Assembly (NCBI RefSeq): GCF_030028105.1
Contig: NC_092375.1
Span: forward strand, 182,501,250-182,565,249
DNA from: Mobula birostris
Lineage: Eukaryota
Reading direction: 5' to 3'
DNA: 64,000 bases
The position numbers and the translations under genes are program-made. The notes below the pieces were generated by a model that searched no databases, was not told the DNA's origin, and saw only the letters and a program-made list of their open reading frames with translations. Shown here in pieces: positions 25,531-38,671 of this stretch. Position 1 is the stretch's first letter. Each line of letters starts with the position of its first letter.

Positions 25531-25921
25531 ATACCTACATGACCAATCTGCAGTGACTGCTACACCCCACAATGCACCACCTACAGCTTCTAGCCCAATA
25601 ATTTTCAGGAGGGTCGGTTGAAAGATTAGCACTGATCAGGAGGCTGCAGCTGATTCTGGCAGTTCATCTGGGTCTAGTGAATTGAGCATTGAAAGAAGCT
25701 GGCCATGCATTAGTAGGATAAAGCATTTACCAATACATTTACTGAGCTTGGCCATTTGTGCAAGGCCACATGAATTAACTTGCAATTTTCAATACTGGGC
25801 ATTATTCTTCAGGGGCTATCTGCTTTCCAGTGTTTAGAGCACCTCCTTAATTACTGCATGAAAAGTATCTCTCTCAATTGCAGTTTATTGTCATTTACCT
25901 ATATATATGTATACCATTTAA

Positions 25922-26115
25922 GCCAGGCAGTGATGCAGTAGCATCTGCACCGGACTCCGAGGTAAGTGGTCACGAGGTCGAATCTGGCTGGCTCCTTATG
26001 CATCTGTGCTGGGTTGAACATCGCACTAACATCTCAGCCTTTTAAAAACAACAGACAAAAATGCTAAAGAAATGGCACCCAATGTGCCACAAGACATGAA
26101 AAGGAACAACAACAA
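25922..26115 (+). mobile_element. tRNA-derived SINE
   Basis: Degenerate A/B-box head (gatgcagtag...ggtcgaatc) and (aac)n tail; related to the copy at 63752. Confidence 0.5.
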
Positions 26116-26620
26116 TGTATATCATCAAATGAGATCACGATTCTCTGAACCAGGGTGTAAAGCAATGTAGTAAACGTAACACATAATAACTTATGAAAGT
26201 AAGGATGAAATCTACAGATGGATTACACATAAATAAACTAAAGTGCATAAATTAAATTGTAAGGTACAGAACAGCTTTGCCAGTGACACTTTGAATGCAA
26301 TGTGGCAGGGAGCACAGAAACCTCATGGCCTGAGGGAAGAAGCTGTTTCCCATCCTGACCGTTCTTGTTTTTATGCATCGGAGTCTCCTGCCTGATGGTA
26401 GAAAGTCAAAAAGGATGATGGTTGGATGGGTAGAATCCTTAATAATACTAAGGGCCCTGCATACACAGCGCTCCTAATACATGTCCCCGATGGATGGTAG
26501 GGAGACCCTTGTGATTCTCAACAGTTCTTACAGTCCTTTGTAGAGACTTCTAGTCTGATGACCGGATGCAACTTGTCAGGATGCTCTCAAAGGTGTTCCT
26601 ATAAAATGCTGTTAAGATCC
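26115..26620 (-). mobile_element. Rex1/Babar 3' fragment
   Basis: gaagaagctgtttcccatcctg...cctgcctgatggtag...gtcaggatgctctc. Confidence 0.7.
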
Positions 26621-27744
26621 CTCCCTTGTGTCAAAGTCCTGGGAAGCCATTTCCTCCCCGCCTCCCCGGTATTCTGCCATCCTTTATTTGTGGAATGATT
26701 GTTACATCCGCTGCAGTTCACCGGTTAAGGGATGCCAGCTGGGTTTAGAGCAGATAGAATGGAGCAAGTAAGATGCTTACATTGTAATCAGTGTTTGATT
26801 TTCATTAACAATCCCTGCACTGTTTGGGGGCATTGGATTTAGCCCTACCCTCCTCCTGCCACCAACATCGGTTTTATTGCTGTGTTTATGCATTTGTTCA
26901 AGGGCCATTATTCCACGCATTCCCCAGGTGCTGTGGTTTATCACTTAAACATCCAATCAATGCCACACCTGGACAAATATGAATCTTTATTCAATAATGG
27001 GGAGTAAATATAATGTACAGAACTCGTTAGACATACCCACAGGGAATGTCAGCAGCCCCAGTGTTACTTTCGCCAGAAGGTAGTCTAAAAACAGTCTAAA
27101 AATTCAATATCACGTTGACTCAAGACCTTGTACAATCTTATTTGGCTTCAAAAGCTGCTGCTGCATTCATTGTAAAATATGTTAGTGAGAATAGTCTTTG
27201 ACACAAAGGGCATTGTGTAACAGATTTTAGATACATATAAAAGTATTTGAAATATTGATATTTATTAAATTATTTGATTTTGGCAATTAATATCTGAATT
27301 TCAGCTGTACTCTACATACAGCAAAATAGCATAAGTGGTAGGGCAGAGCCTATCCAGATTCCCAGTGGTATTGTTCCAAATTGAAGATTTTCAGCCTTAG
27401 TCATAAGTTTAGCACAAATCTCCGTTCAGATGGTTCATGTGGGCAATATTGAACAATTTATTGGCAAAGAGGCTCCTTGTTAATCCTTGGTTTGTACTGA
27501 GCTAGTTGATCAAGACCAGGGCAACGATGAAACACTGCAATTAGTATCAGTGTCCTGAGAAAAGAGAGATTTAAAATAAGCTGTCCTGTGTCCACCATTT
27601 GAAGGTATGCTAGTGAATATCAGGTGAGGACAACTCTTGTAAAGCTCATGGACACAAGCATATGTACACTGATATCCATACATACACCAATTCATATAAA
27701 CTCATACATTTAGAAATTAAAACAAAAAAAAAGTTGTTTAAATA

Positions 27745-28175
27745 CAGTACTGCGCAAAAGTCTCAGATATATATCTATCAAGGGTGCCTAAGACTTTTGC
27801 ACTGTACGGTGGTAATTTTATGTATTGCACTGTACCGCTGCCACAAAAAAAGAAACACATTTTATGACATATGCGAGTGATGATAAACCTGATTCTGATA
27901 TGGGTCTCTATTGTGGATGAGGGCAGGAAGGGGGCAGGGAGGGGGGAATCATGGTTAGGAAAGTTGAAGGGAGAGGGGAGGGAGAGAAAAGCACCAGAGA
28001 GACATTCTATAATGATCAGTAAACCAGTTGTTTCGAATCTTGCTTGGTGTCTCAGGGCTGGATTTGTCTGTATCAGCACATCACCCCTTCCCCCCATACC
28101 TGGTACTTCTTCTCTGTCACCTGTCCCACACCTCTCCCACTGCCCCCCACCCTCGCCATTCCCAACATCCTTTAC
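27745..28175. mobile_element. Composite repeat (copy 2)
   Basis: cagtactgcgcaaaagtctc...gtgcctaagacttttgcactgtac, then the same LINE tail and gggtctctattgtgga block as 24395. Confidence 0.65.
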
Positions 28176-28479
28176 TCCAGCCACAGAGAGTCAGGAAGGA
28201 ATTACTAAACTCCAGAACCAGCATTAATCACTGCTTTAAGGAGAGTGCACACAAGAAAAATATTGAAAGGGGATGAAGAACTGACACGAAGGAGAATTTT
28301 TTTAGTAAATTAATGTGAAGATTTTATGAATCCTAGTATTAAAGAGATGATTAAAAACACCTATAGCGGGCTCACAGTTACAAAGCATAGCCTTCTTTCC
28401 CTTCAAAACTAAATTGTTATGGTAATTTACATCACTGCTTGATGGTGAATTTATAGATTAAATTCATATGATCAGCTGG

Positions 28480-29055
28480 TAATTTGAGAAGGGTAATGCA
28501 GATGTGACTTTGTCTTGATGAGCATGAAGTGATGCAGTTTGGAAGGGAGCGATTAAGTAACTGTGAGATGTATGTCATGAATGGTAGGCTTTGGAAAGCA
28601 TTAAGGAGCACAGTGAGAAACGCACAAACCTGAAGATCACTGAAGGTAAAAAGGAATAAGCAGATATTAAATAGTCACATTGGATGCTTGTCTATATTAG
28701 CAGAGGCATTGTATCTCAGTGAAAGGAGCTCAGGGTACAAGTAATCATTGTTTAAAATCACAACTGGAATATTGTGTGCAGTTCTGATTGAACTGGAGGA
28801 GGAATTCTCCTGGACGTTGCCTGTGATTGAATGATTCAGTTATGAGGAGAGAGTGGGCAGTCTGGGCTTATTTTTCTTGGAGAAGAGGAGGTTGAGGGAA
28901 GAATTGGTTGAAGCATGAGAGACACTCAGATGAAAGTAAAAAATGTTTCATACAGCAGACCAAAGGGTTTAATGTGAAGAGTAAGAGACTTAGAAGAGAT
29001 CCCAGGAAGAATTGTTCTACTGAGAGGATGGGTGAAATCTGGAAGCAGTCAGCTA
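28480..29055 (+). mobile_element. Decayed CR1 RT 3' fragment
   Basis: caactggaatattgtgtgcagttctg (LEYCVQF), cagttatgaggagaga, ttcttggagaagaggaggttgaggg. Confidence 0.65.
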
Positions 29056-29063
29056 TGGACCTT

Positions 29064-29345
29064 GGGTGACATGGTAGCATAGTGGTTAGCACAGGGCCTT
29101 ACAGTGCCAGCAACCTGCGTTCAATTCCCACTGCTGCCCATAGAGTTTGTACATCTTCCCTGTGACCTCGTGGGTTTCCTCCGGATGCTCCCCATTCCTC
29201 CCACAGTCCAAAGACGTACCTGTTGGCAGGTTAATTGGTCAATGTAAATTGTTCCATGATTAGGCTAGGGTTAAGTCAGGGATTCATTGATAGCACAGTT
29301 CAAAGGGCTGGAAGGGCCTATTCCATTCTGTATCTCAATAAATAA
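29064..29345 (+). mobile_element. V-SINE (tRNA head + V-domain + LINE tail)
   Basis: tagcatagtggttagc A-box, gttcaattccc B-box, gtgggtttcctccggatgctcc...ccacagtccaaagac V-domain. Confidence 0.85.
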
Positions 29346-29754
29346 GTAAATGGATTTAAAATAGACAGGTCATGTTGGTTGGCATTCAAATGGTAGCTGA
29401 AGGGTTTAAGGCTGAGTTGTATGACCCTACCACTCTATCTCAGACCCATGCGCGCGTACACACACAGACACAGAACAAAATCACATATACTGACAATTTA
29501 CATATTCTAGTAGTTTCATTTTGATTTTATATTCTGTACCATTCTCTGGACTATTAAATTGTTCTGTATGCTACTTTTTAACAAATTCCCTTCTGCCCAT
29601 GGACATTGCTTATTAATTTAAAACAAAAATTAAAAAGCAATCAACTGATTTTAATGAATGAAATTATATATTCTCCTGAATACTATGTCTAAATGCTAGT
29701 AGCGAGATAAAACTTAGAAATGGGAGGCTGAGGAGAGGGGAAGACAACAGGGAA

Positions 29755-30070
29755 GATTCTGGAGGAACTCAGCAGGTCAGGCAGCATTCTTCTCGGAAAT
29801 GAATAAACAGTCAATGCTTCGCGCTGAGACCCTTCATCAGAATTGGAAAGGAAGGAGGAAGAAGCTAAAATAAGAAGATAGGAGGAGGACAGACTGGAAG
29901 GTGATACATGAACCCAGGCAGGTAGGGGAGGGGAGATGTAGTAAGAAGCTGAGGGGTCATAGGTGATAATGGCAAATTGCTGGAGAAGAAGGAATTTGAC
30001 AGGAGAAGAGAGCTACCATGGGACCAAGGGAAGGAGGAGAGACACCAGGACGAGGTGACAGGCAGGTGAG
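29755..30070 (-). mobile_element. PLE terminal fragment
   Basis: ctggaggaactcagcaggtcaggcagcat...gacccttcatcag; hammerhead GAAA changed to GAAG. Confidence 0.75.
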
Positions 30071-30071
30071 G

Positions 30072-30762
30072 ACTCCCTTTATTTATTGGGGACACTATGC
30101 CACTTAATTGGGACAGAAGACTGCAGCCAATCATCAGTCGCCTGAACTTGTGTGGCCATTAGACACTGCACAGTGCTTGAAGTGAACAGTTTTTAAATTG
30201 TGTCATTTGCATGTGCCTGTGTTCAAAAGCCAGTGATATTTTGTTACTGATTGCTGACAAGAAATAAGCAATAAGACAATTCGGAATTGTTTTGCTCACT
30301 GCAGTGTCAAGCATTCAGTTTTGGAGATGAAATGATTTCACTTCTTCAGCAATGAAGAATTTGAAGGTATCGATAATCATGTTGAACATTACAATGAAGA
30401 TGAAGACTTGGAGGATGAAGTCATCAAAAGCATTGTGTGAAAGCAGTCTATTATCCACACTAGGTGCCTGCACTGATTTTGTTCATTTACAGTCAATCAA
30501 AAGAACATGGTAGCATAAACTGGGTGAATTCTTCCATTGATAACTCTCAGAAACTAGTTTTATAGTACTGTAGTAGTATTGTTAGTGTTCTAACTTGTTC
30601 TTTATTTCAGTTAAATACATAATTTGTTACACAGTTAAACCTTAATTTGTTTTCTATATATTTTTAACTATTGCCATGAAGCTTCAGCTAATTGAGGCAG
30701 CCGCTTAATTGAGCCAAAATGTACTGATCCCAGTGTGTTCTAATTAACCGGAATCCATTGTG
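30072..30762 (+). mobile_element. Tigger/pogo-like non-autonomous DNA transposon
   Basis: Right TIR ...ctaattaaccggaatccattg; acidic remnant EEFEGIDNHVEHYNEDEDLEDEVIKSIV typical of Tigger C-termini. Confidence 0.6.
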
Positions 30763-31518
30763 TTTTTAAAATTGCAAAATAAATATGTCTGAAAAAATTC
30801 TCTACCAAGTCACTCTGCCATAAAAATATTATCATTTTTTTAGTCTGTACATTATTTTTCTCAAAAATATCTATGTCACCCACATTGCTTATTTTCTCAT
30901 AACAGGTAATAATTGTAGCTGTGAAAGATCTGTAGTTATATAGATGGATTAATGGCGATTTTTCATTATTTCAGAGCAAATAATGAATTTTCTCAAAATG
31001 TTGCACAAAACAACAGAAACGTAATACTGGTCCACAATATAGGATTAAATTATATTGTATGTTGGTCACACAACCGAAAAGGCAGGCATCACACATCATT
31101 GTCCCTGAAAAAACATGTTGCTGTGGATTCCAGAAACATGTTGGGAGGACTGCAGCAGATAACAAGGGAAAATACAGGTGGTGAGGCCAGCTAATACTTC
31201 ACCTCTTGACCTGTCTTTCCCTCCTACCATCTCTGCCAGGATTGCTGCTGTTTTCTCTTCCTTTGGCCAGTGCGGTTAAGAAGTGGCAGAAACACAGAGC
31301 TTCGTTCCTGATTCCAAAATGCGGGCAATAAGAATTCTGGGGAAAAATGGTAATAGCTCTAAAATGTCATCTTGGGGGTCTCATTGTCTTCTGCTTAATG
31401 GCAAAATCACATTAGACCTCACAGAATGGAAGTGAAGAATGAGACAGGCAGTGAATGTTCTGCCTTATTACAAGAACGTAGAATCTCATTTTTATTGAAA
31501 CATTATTAATGTAGACAC

Positions 31519-31762
31519 TGTTATGTTCTGTAACTTCAAAACATTAATCTAATTGAAAAGGAAACACGGGGAATCTAAAATACGGGTGTAGCTTTATCTT
31601 TATTTCAAGCAAGGTATGCACGTACACGTGTGAACGTGATGATGTATGCAATGAACATATTTTTACATATAACCCTGAATTAATTATTTAAATGAACAAG
31701 AATGCCTAATCAAAATATATATAAAATTACTCAAATATTTTTGAAATATTAAATACACAACA
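31519..31762. mobile_element. Short TG...CA solo-LTR-like repeat
   Basis: tgttatgttctgtaacttcaaaac...tacacaaca; homologous to 43211-43448 and to the partial copy at 24101-24168. Confidence 0.6.
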
Positions 31763-32056
31763 CAGAAAATGGATCAAAATATTCATTTCTTAACTGCTAT
31801 TGCATAGTTAAAAATTCCATTTTTTTTGGTTTTATTCATTTTGTATGTATTCATTGTAAATTTCCTTTTAAAACAAAATGAACCTCACTAGAATCACTTT
31901 AAGTCTAACCTGTCAGATCTTCTAAGCAGACACTGAATTGTATTACAGTAATTGATTGAAGATGTGATCACATTCCAGTAAGTTTTGACTAAAGCCATAC
32001 CATGATAACACTTCAAGATATTCTAATCTGCATATGTTTGTATCTGTGTATTTCAG

Positions 32057-32154
32057 ATCTTTGTCTGCTTTGCTCATCTGCCAAATGTTCAGCTGCCACA
32101 ACGTTCACTCGAAATCATTCAGAATATTCTCAGAAAAGAATCACCTCTGGTTCT
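32057..32154 (+). CDS. Candidate internal coding exon A of an unidentified host gene
   Basis: tgtatttcag| acceptor, |gtacgt donor; frame IFVCFAHLPNVQLPQRSLEIIQNILRKESPLV ending in phase 2; non-repeat context. Confidence 0.4.
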
Positions 32155-33349
32155 GTACGTCAGTTGAATGTACCACTAACCCAATCCATAGCAAAGATTT
32201 ATGGCAGAGGATCTCAGGTCTAGTTTTAGCCTAATCTGTTTTCCTCTGTTTATTAGTTCATACTGAAATTATATCTTATTACCATTTTTGAGCTATGGTC
32301 AATATTTTTCAATGATTCCCACATTAAATATGCTATTTAATGATGTTTAATCTCATCTAAATAACCCTGTGTACACTGCTTACTAAATAATTGTGTTCAA
32401 GGTATGTTGATATTTGCATTTTGTTAATCCAACTAATTAACATTTATTTTACAATTTAAAATTCTTTTGAAGGAAATATATATTCATAATGTGAAATATT
32501 TTCAAAATCCAATGAAGCATTTAGAGTATGTTTTAATTCTATGAGATAAAGTGCAGGATTTTGTACTTCTTTCACTTGACTTCATTGTTATTCCTAATTT
32601 CCTAAGGAATTCAGTTTCATCACATATTTATATCCAAGCCTCGAGCAACTGAAAATTTTAAAAAAATTAATGCTTTTCAATCAGTTAAAAACAACTCAGT
32701 GTTTGTTTTCCACAAGGGGGCATTATTAGCACTGAAAGCAGAAATGATGCTTTGTGAAATTCCTTTTTCATATTTTTTGTATTAAAGTCAGCCTGTCGAA
32801 TCAAGAACATTCACAAATAAATCATGCATCCATGTCTTTTTTGTGTATTTTCAAATAAAAGCAGTACTTTGTAAATTCTGTTTAAATTGCAAGTAAAATA
32901 TATCCTGTTGAATTCCTTAAAAAACTTCCTCCATATATCATTTTTCAAAATAATCAAAATGACTTGGTAAGACTGCATAATATACCAATAGCTTCTTTTT
33001 CTTGGAAAAGTACAGTTACATTAACTTGGTTTTCACTTCCGTATCTGGTTAGTTCCTTAAACATCTAAATTGATTGCTGGGAAATTTGCTGACTTGCTTT
33101 TAATGACCCTGATCCTGCTTGATTACATTGGGAATGGCATGGCAATGCAAATTTCTAAACTGGTAAAATTATGAGCCCAAATCACAGGCAGGCTGGCATG
33201 AATTCTTAATTTTCCTGAAGGTCTAGGTTTTGATTGTCTTCCATACAATTGCATTCACTATTGTGGTTAGATAAATTCCTGTCACCCACTTAAATGAGTT
33301 AAAAATTAGAACAAATTAAAAGGGATGTTGTACAATAAGAACCAAAAAC

Positions 33350-33905
33350 ATTACTGAGCAGTTTTGTGGCCCTTATCTAAGAAAGGATGTGCTGACATCG
33401 GAGGGGTTTCAAAGGAGGTTCATGAAAATTATTCCAGGATTGAAAGGCTTGTCATATGAGGTACGTTTGATGGCTTTAGGCCTGTACTGACTGGAATTCA
33501 GAAGAATGAGGAATGACCTCTTTGAAACCTACTGATGTTGAAAGGCCTCAAAAGAGTGGATGTGAAGATGATGTTTCCTATGTTGGAAGAGTCTGAGACC
33601 AGAAGACACAGCTTCAGAATAGAGAGTCATCCTTTTAGAATGGAGATGAGGAGGAATTTTTTAGCCAGAAATTTAGTGAATCTATGGAATTTGTTGCCAC
33701 TGGTGGCTGTGGAGGCCAAGTCATTGGGTATATTTAAGGCAGAGGTTGATAAATTCTTGATTAGTCAGGGCATAAAGAGATAGAGGGAGAAGGCAGGAGA
33801 TTGGAACTGAGAGGGTAAATGGGTCAGCCATGACGAAAGGGCAGAAAAGACTTGATGGGCCAAATGGCCTATTTCTGCTCCTATATCTTATAGTCTAATC
33901 GTCTT
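33350..33905 (+). mobile_element. CR1 3' fragment
   Basis: LKGLKRVDVKMMFPML..RRNF..NLWNLLP..FKAEVDKFL. Confidence 0.85.
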
Positions 33906-34689
33906 AGTGAACTAAAATTCATAGTCAAAATGATTAACTTTATATAATATGACATATTATTTTCCCAAGGTGCTTGAATAATTATTAGCAGACAGAAAAA
34001 TAATTTAAAAAAATAAGTATTAGAAATAAGAACAGGAGAAATACTGACTTTAAATGCTTCATTTTAATATAGCATTAAATTTACTGATGTCTTCAAAAAT
34101 CTTCCTGACTCATGATAAGTGTATCAGATCTCATATGGAATGAGATGGAAATGAAGTACTTCCAAGCATAGAAATATTTGAATTCCACCAGTCTATGAGC
34201 TTAAGATGAAAGCTAAATCAATATAATAAATGCCATCTACTGCTTTTTCAGCTGTTTTGCCTCACACTATCCATGTAGCTCTTCTGTTTGACCAGAGGAG
34301 CTACACCGTAAGATTGTTTTCATGTTCCCCTTTGCTCATCTAACTCTTCACATCTGCCTCATAAGTCCCCATGTAATTTATGAATCAGATTGTTGATTAA
34401 CTATCTAATTAGACTGTTCCTGTTCCAGTGGCTGCATTAGGTTCAATGGACATTTCTCAAAGGAGCACAGGCTCAGATTGGATCATAAGAAAGTAGAATA
34501 GCATTCTTATTTTCAATCATAGCATCATGGAACTTTATGATACAGGTGAAGGCTATTTGCTTTTTCTGTCCACGCCAAGTAAAAAGGAACAAGTTAGATT
34601 AACTCACTTCCTCAATGTCACAGTGCTATATTGCAGACAAGGGCAGCAAGAGCACTACCAAACACCCAGACAATCACATTGTCAGGTTA

Positions 34690-35076
34690 ACACACACAAA
34701 AAGCTGGACGAACTCAGAAGGCCAGGCAGCATCTATGGAAAAGTCGACATTTCGGGCTGAGACCCTTCGACAGGACTGGAGAGGAAGGTGGGATATAGCC
34801 AGAATAAAAAGGCGGGGGGAAGGGGAAGGAGGACTAGCTAGAAGGTGACAGTTGAAACTAGGTGTGTTTGAAAGATAAAGAGCTGGAGAAGAAGGAATCT
34901 GATAGGAGAGAAGAATACACCATAGGAGAAGGGGAAAGAGGGGACCCGGGGGAGGTGATAGGTATGTGAAAAAACCTAAGGAGCCAGAGTAGGGAAAGAA
35001 GACGAGGGGAGGGGAGGGAAGGGATTTTTTTTACTGGAAGAAGAAATGAATATGCATGCCATCAGGTTGGAGGCTT
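34690..35076 (-). mobile_element. PLE 3' fragment (end of GIY-YIG plus terminus)
   Basis: catgccatcaggttggaggct is the antisense of SLQPDGM; hammerhead core reads CTGTCGA. Confidence 0.75.
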
Positions 35077-35084
35077 CAAATGAT

Positions 35085-35735
35085 CAAGTTTGTAATGACA
35101 TGACAGTAGAGGGGCTCATCACCAAAAACAACGAGACGGCCTACAGAGAGGAGGTGGAAGAGCTCGAGGCCTGGTGCTAGGCAAATAACCTGCTCCTCAG
35201 TGTCAACGAGATAGAGGAGGTGGGTTTCGACTCACACCGGTTTACACTGGCCGCACACCAGTGGAAACTACGAACAGTTTCAAACTCCTGGCAGTGCACA
35301 TCTTGAACAATCTCTCATGGTCCCAGAACACATCCTCCTCAGTGAAGGAACCTCACCATTGCCCCTACTTTCTGAGAAGGCTGAAGAGCGTTGGTCTATG
35401 TATATCAATACTCACAATCTTCTACTGGTGCGCAGTTGAGGGCATCCTAACAGGCTGTATCACTGTGTGGTATGGAAACTGTTTTGCGGCAGACAAGAGG
35501 GCTCTACAACGGGTAATTAAAACTCAACAGCACCCCCTACCCACTATCAAGGTCATATATACAGGAATGTGCCCGAAAAAGGCCAGCAATATCATGAAGG
35601 ATCCCACTCACCCTGTTTACTGACTGTTTGTCCCATTCCCATCAAGGAAGAAGCTAAGCAGCAAATCCACTAGACTCAAAAACAGTTACTTCCCTCAAGC
35701 CTTCAACCTAATCAACATTTCCACTCCTTAACCCA
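35085..35735 (+). mobile_element. Rex1/Babar 3' fragment
   Basis: NNLSWSQNT..YFLRRLK..FYWCAVEGILTGCITVWYGNC..KDPTHP. Confidence 0.85.
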
Positions 35736-36559
35736 CCCCACTGCCCCTAAATCCGCATCAGCCACTCTTCTCCACACCTCTTCATCACTCCTCATCCCCC
35801 GTGCACTGCCACTTTACACTTACACTCCACACCTCACACCCACACTGAAGCAGTCACTGTCCTACTGTGTTTTCATGTGCCCTGCTGCTACCTAAACGAG
35901 TTCCTCTTGCCAAGAGTCACTTTACCATTTCCTGTCAGAGACTTTATGTTCAGGTACTCCTTCACCCAGAGTCACTTTGTGTGCATGCAGTCAGTCTAAC
36001 ATTATGCATATATGGCCACACACAAGAGTTACGTGTACTTTGTTGCAAACCTCTCACTGTAGGCTCATAAGGAGATAGCTATTACTATGAATTCAACTTA
36101 ACAGCAATATAACTCTACGATGCATGGAGAATAATGATGAAAAGGACATTTCCAATAAATAACCATGTCTAGCGTAAATATGATTTGGGTAAACACAATA
36201 TATAAATATTTTGATATTTCTTGTTTGAATATTGACACACCCATGCAAAATTACTGTTCACCAGGAAGCAATAATGTAACTCACCCCAGTATATACCGTA
36301 TATTGACAAAGTGTTTTAAACTATAGCAAACAGAACAAAGGAAAGGGCCCATGACATATATTTGCCTATAGTGTGCACATAATCGTTGGAGCACAACTTT
36401 GTGTAGTCAATCTGGTTTGCTTCACTTCATTTACTCACAGTACCAAAACAATTCTGTCTGAAAACACAGAGCAAGCGAAACATAAGTAAGTATCCATGCA
36501 ACATCCAAGGACAATGTGCCAAAATTTTTCAAAGGTTGAAGGTTTCCAAGGTTCATTTT

Positions 36560-36860
36560 TTGTGTGGATAGTCAGAGACTTCTCCCCATGGCTGAAATGG
36601 CTAACACAAGAGGGCACAGTTTTAAGGTGCTTGGAAGTAGGTACAGAGGAGATGTCAGGGGTGAAATTTTATGCAGAGAGTGGTGAGAGTGTGGAATGTG
36701 CTGCCAGCGACGATGGTGGAGGTGGATAGAATCCTGGCTAGGTACATGGAGGGTTATGGGTATCCCTAGGTAATTTCTAAAGGATATGCATGTTCAGAAC
36801 AGCTTTGTGGGCCAAGGGGCCTGTAATGTGCTGTAGGTTTTCTATGCTTCTATGTTTTCT
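36560..36860 (+). mobile_element. CR1 3' fragment
   Basis: gagggcacagttttaaggtg...agagagtggtgag..tggaatg; ttctatg tail. Confidence 0.7.
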
Positions 36861-37444
36861 AATAATTAGCTAACTAACTAGTTACCTGCACATTCTTTGT
36901 GAGACCAAAGTCTGTCGGAGAATTCTTTGACATCTGAGCTTCCAAATTTACTTCTGAGCATTCCATATGTTCTTCACTCATGTTTGTTATCCATCTTTCT
37001 CCTACATCCTCCAAAACTCCTATTCTCCCTCTAGAAAATGGCTACCCCCATCCCTTTAGAATGTTCTGGGGCATCTTATTGGCCAAACTGTTAACAGGAC
37101 AAATCCTACTGGCTAATAGAACAAGCCTAACTTAATCAACTGAACTATTATTTTAAACAAAGAAAAAAGAAATATCCAATTGTATAATGTAATTAAAGGA
37201 ACACATTGCATTTTGAGAAAATCTGCAGAAAATAAAATACCCAACAGCATAACAGTATTAATACAATGAGCATGGTTATAAACCAAGGTATTACATTGTT
37301 TTATAGGATTGCTTTTATATTTATATTTAATGGGTTGTTGTGTTTATTGTGTTGTTTTATGTTGCATCACATCTGGAGTACCAATCATTTAGTTCTTCTT
37401 TACACTTGTGTACTAAAGAATGAAATGATGCTGAGATACATTCT

Positions 37445-38671
37445 AGGGTCGGTGATATAACCTGGGGTCATCAGGTGGTTCGGGTCTTTCAATATCAGAC
37501 ACCCTTGCCCAGGCGACCCAGCCAGGGTTGATCAGGCCCTGGCTTGTGTCCCACCAGCATTGGTCCACGGGTCACACCTTTTGATTCATAGCCATTGGGA
37601 GGCTCACTCAGCAACCTCTGTGACGGTCCTGATGGCTCTTCTCTTTGCAGCTCCAGTTATGCCGAGGACAGAGCAGATTCGGCAGACCAAGCAGCCAAGA
37701 AGATCTCTACACACCACCTCTATGGGCTCACAATGTGCCCTCCACCCCTGTCTGTGGCACTCAAGTTTGCTGACAGAATGACCATGTCAGGCCTCAGGAA
37801 TGATAATGCAATGAAGTCAGGGAACTTTAATTGCTTGTCAAGACCGATTTTCAGTTGCCAGTCAGATCGACGCCAGGGCGAGCAAGTCTGCTGATGATCT
37901 GGGTTGTGGCTGTGGTTGGTCTCCAGCTTTGACAAACACTATGGGCTTTCTGGGTCAATGGAGGTGCTCATGGTTCTTGATGGCCAGGGATGATATTTTC
38001 AGCCACTGCCTTCAGCACCTAGTCTTGGCACCAGCAGCAGTGATCCTCTCCTAGGCTTTTGGGCAGCTGCTGAGGACGTGTTCCAGGGTCCCTCTGCCAG
38101 ATCACAGAGGACATGATGTTGTCTCACTTTTGCCCTAAGCAAACATTCACTTGCCTGGGCAGGAAATCATACACAGCCTGGATTGTCAACTTGATGGGCT
38201 GGGGTTCTGCCTGCCAGATGCCAGGAGATCTTCTGCTTCCAGACACCCTCCCATCCTGACCAAGCTCCCTGCTGCCCTATTCCTACCACCCTGGTGGTAC
38301 ACACTTCCTCAACAGCTGCTCATACTTCTTCCTGGAGCAGTTTGCGTCTGTCCTTACCCTAAACCCTGTCAAAGTAGGTTGAAGGGAAGCTGCCAGCCCA
38401 ACCTGATCAGACACCACTGTCCCTACCAGATCCCTGTGCCTCAGATGTGACTCAGCCATCTCCACTGCATCCTGGGCCTTCAATTTCCTACCTGTATGGA
38501 CATTAATGCCCGCTGGTGAGACTTTGAAGTCGCTGGAATCTCTGTACAGCAGCAATTCTCTTGTACAGGAACCAATAAACTCCTCATTCAGGCTGCTGAA
38601 GGGAAGCTGCAGTGAATTCCTCTTCCTGTACAAAGCAATGATGTAAAGGCTATGTGCAAGGCCCAGCCATC
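37445..38671 (-). mobile_element. Hero-clade (restriction-like endonuclease) non-LTR retrotransposon, 3' part
   Basis: LQLPFSSLNEEF..YRDSSD..HTGRKLKAQDAVEMAESHLRH; DWQLKIGLDKQLKFPDFI..LRPDMV RLE motif. Confidence 0.8.

Noticed and set aside
29064-29135. tRNA-like A/B boxes (also 63820-63893)
   Set aside because: SINE heads, not cloverleaf-complete tRNA genes
30975-31056. Possible + exon ANNEFSQNVAQNNRNVILVHNIGLNYI upstream of exon A
   Set aside because: Phase-compatible, but weak donor context and low-complexity peptide; cannot be distinguished from chance
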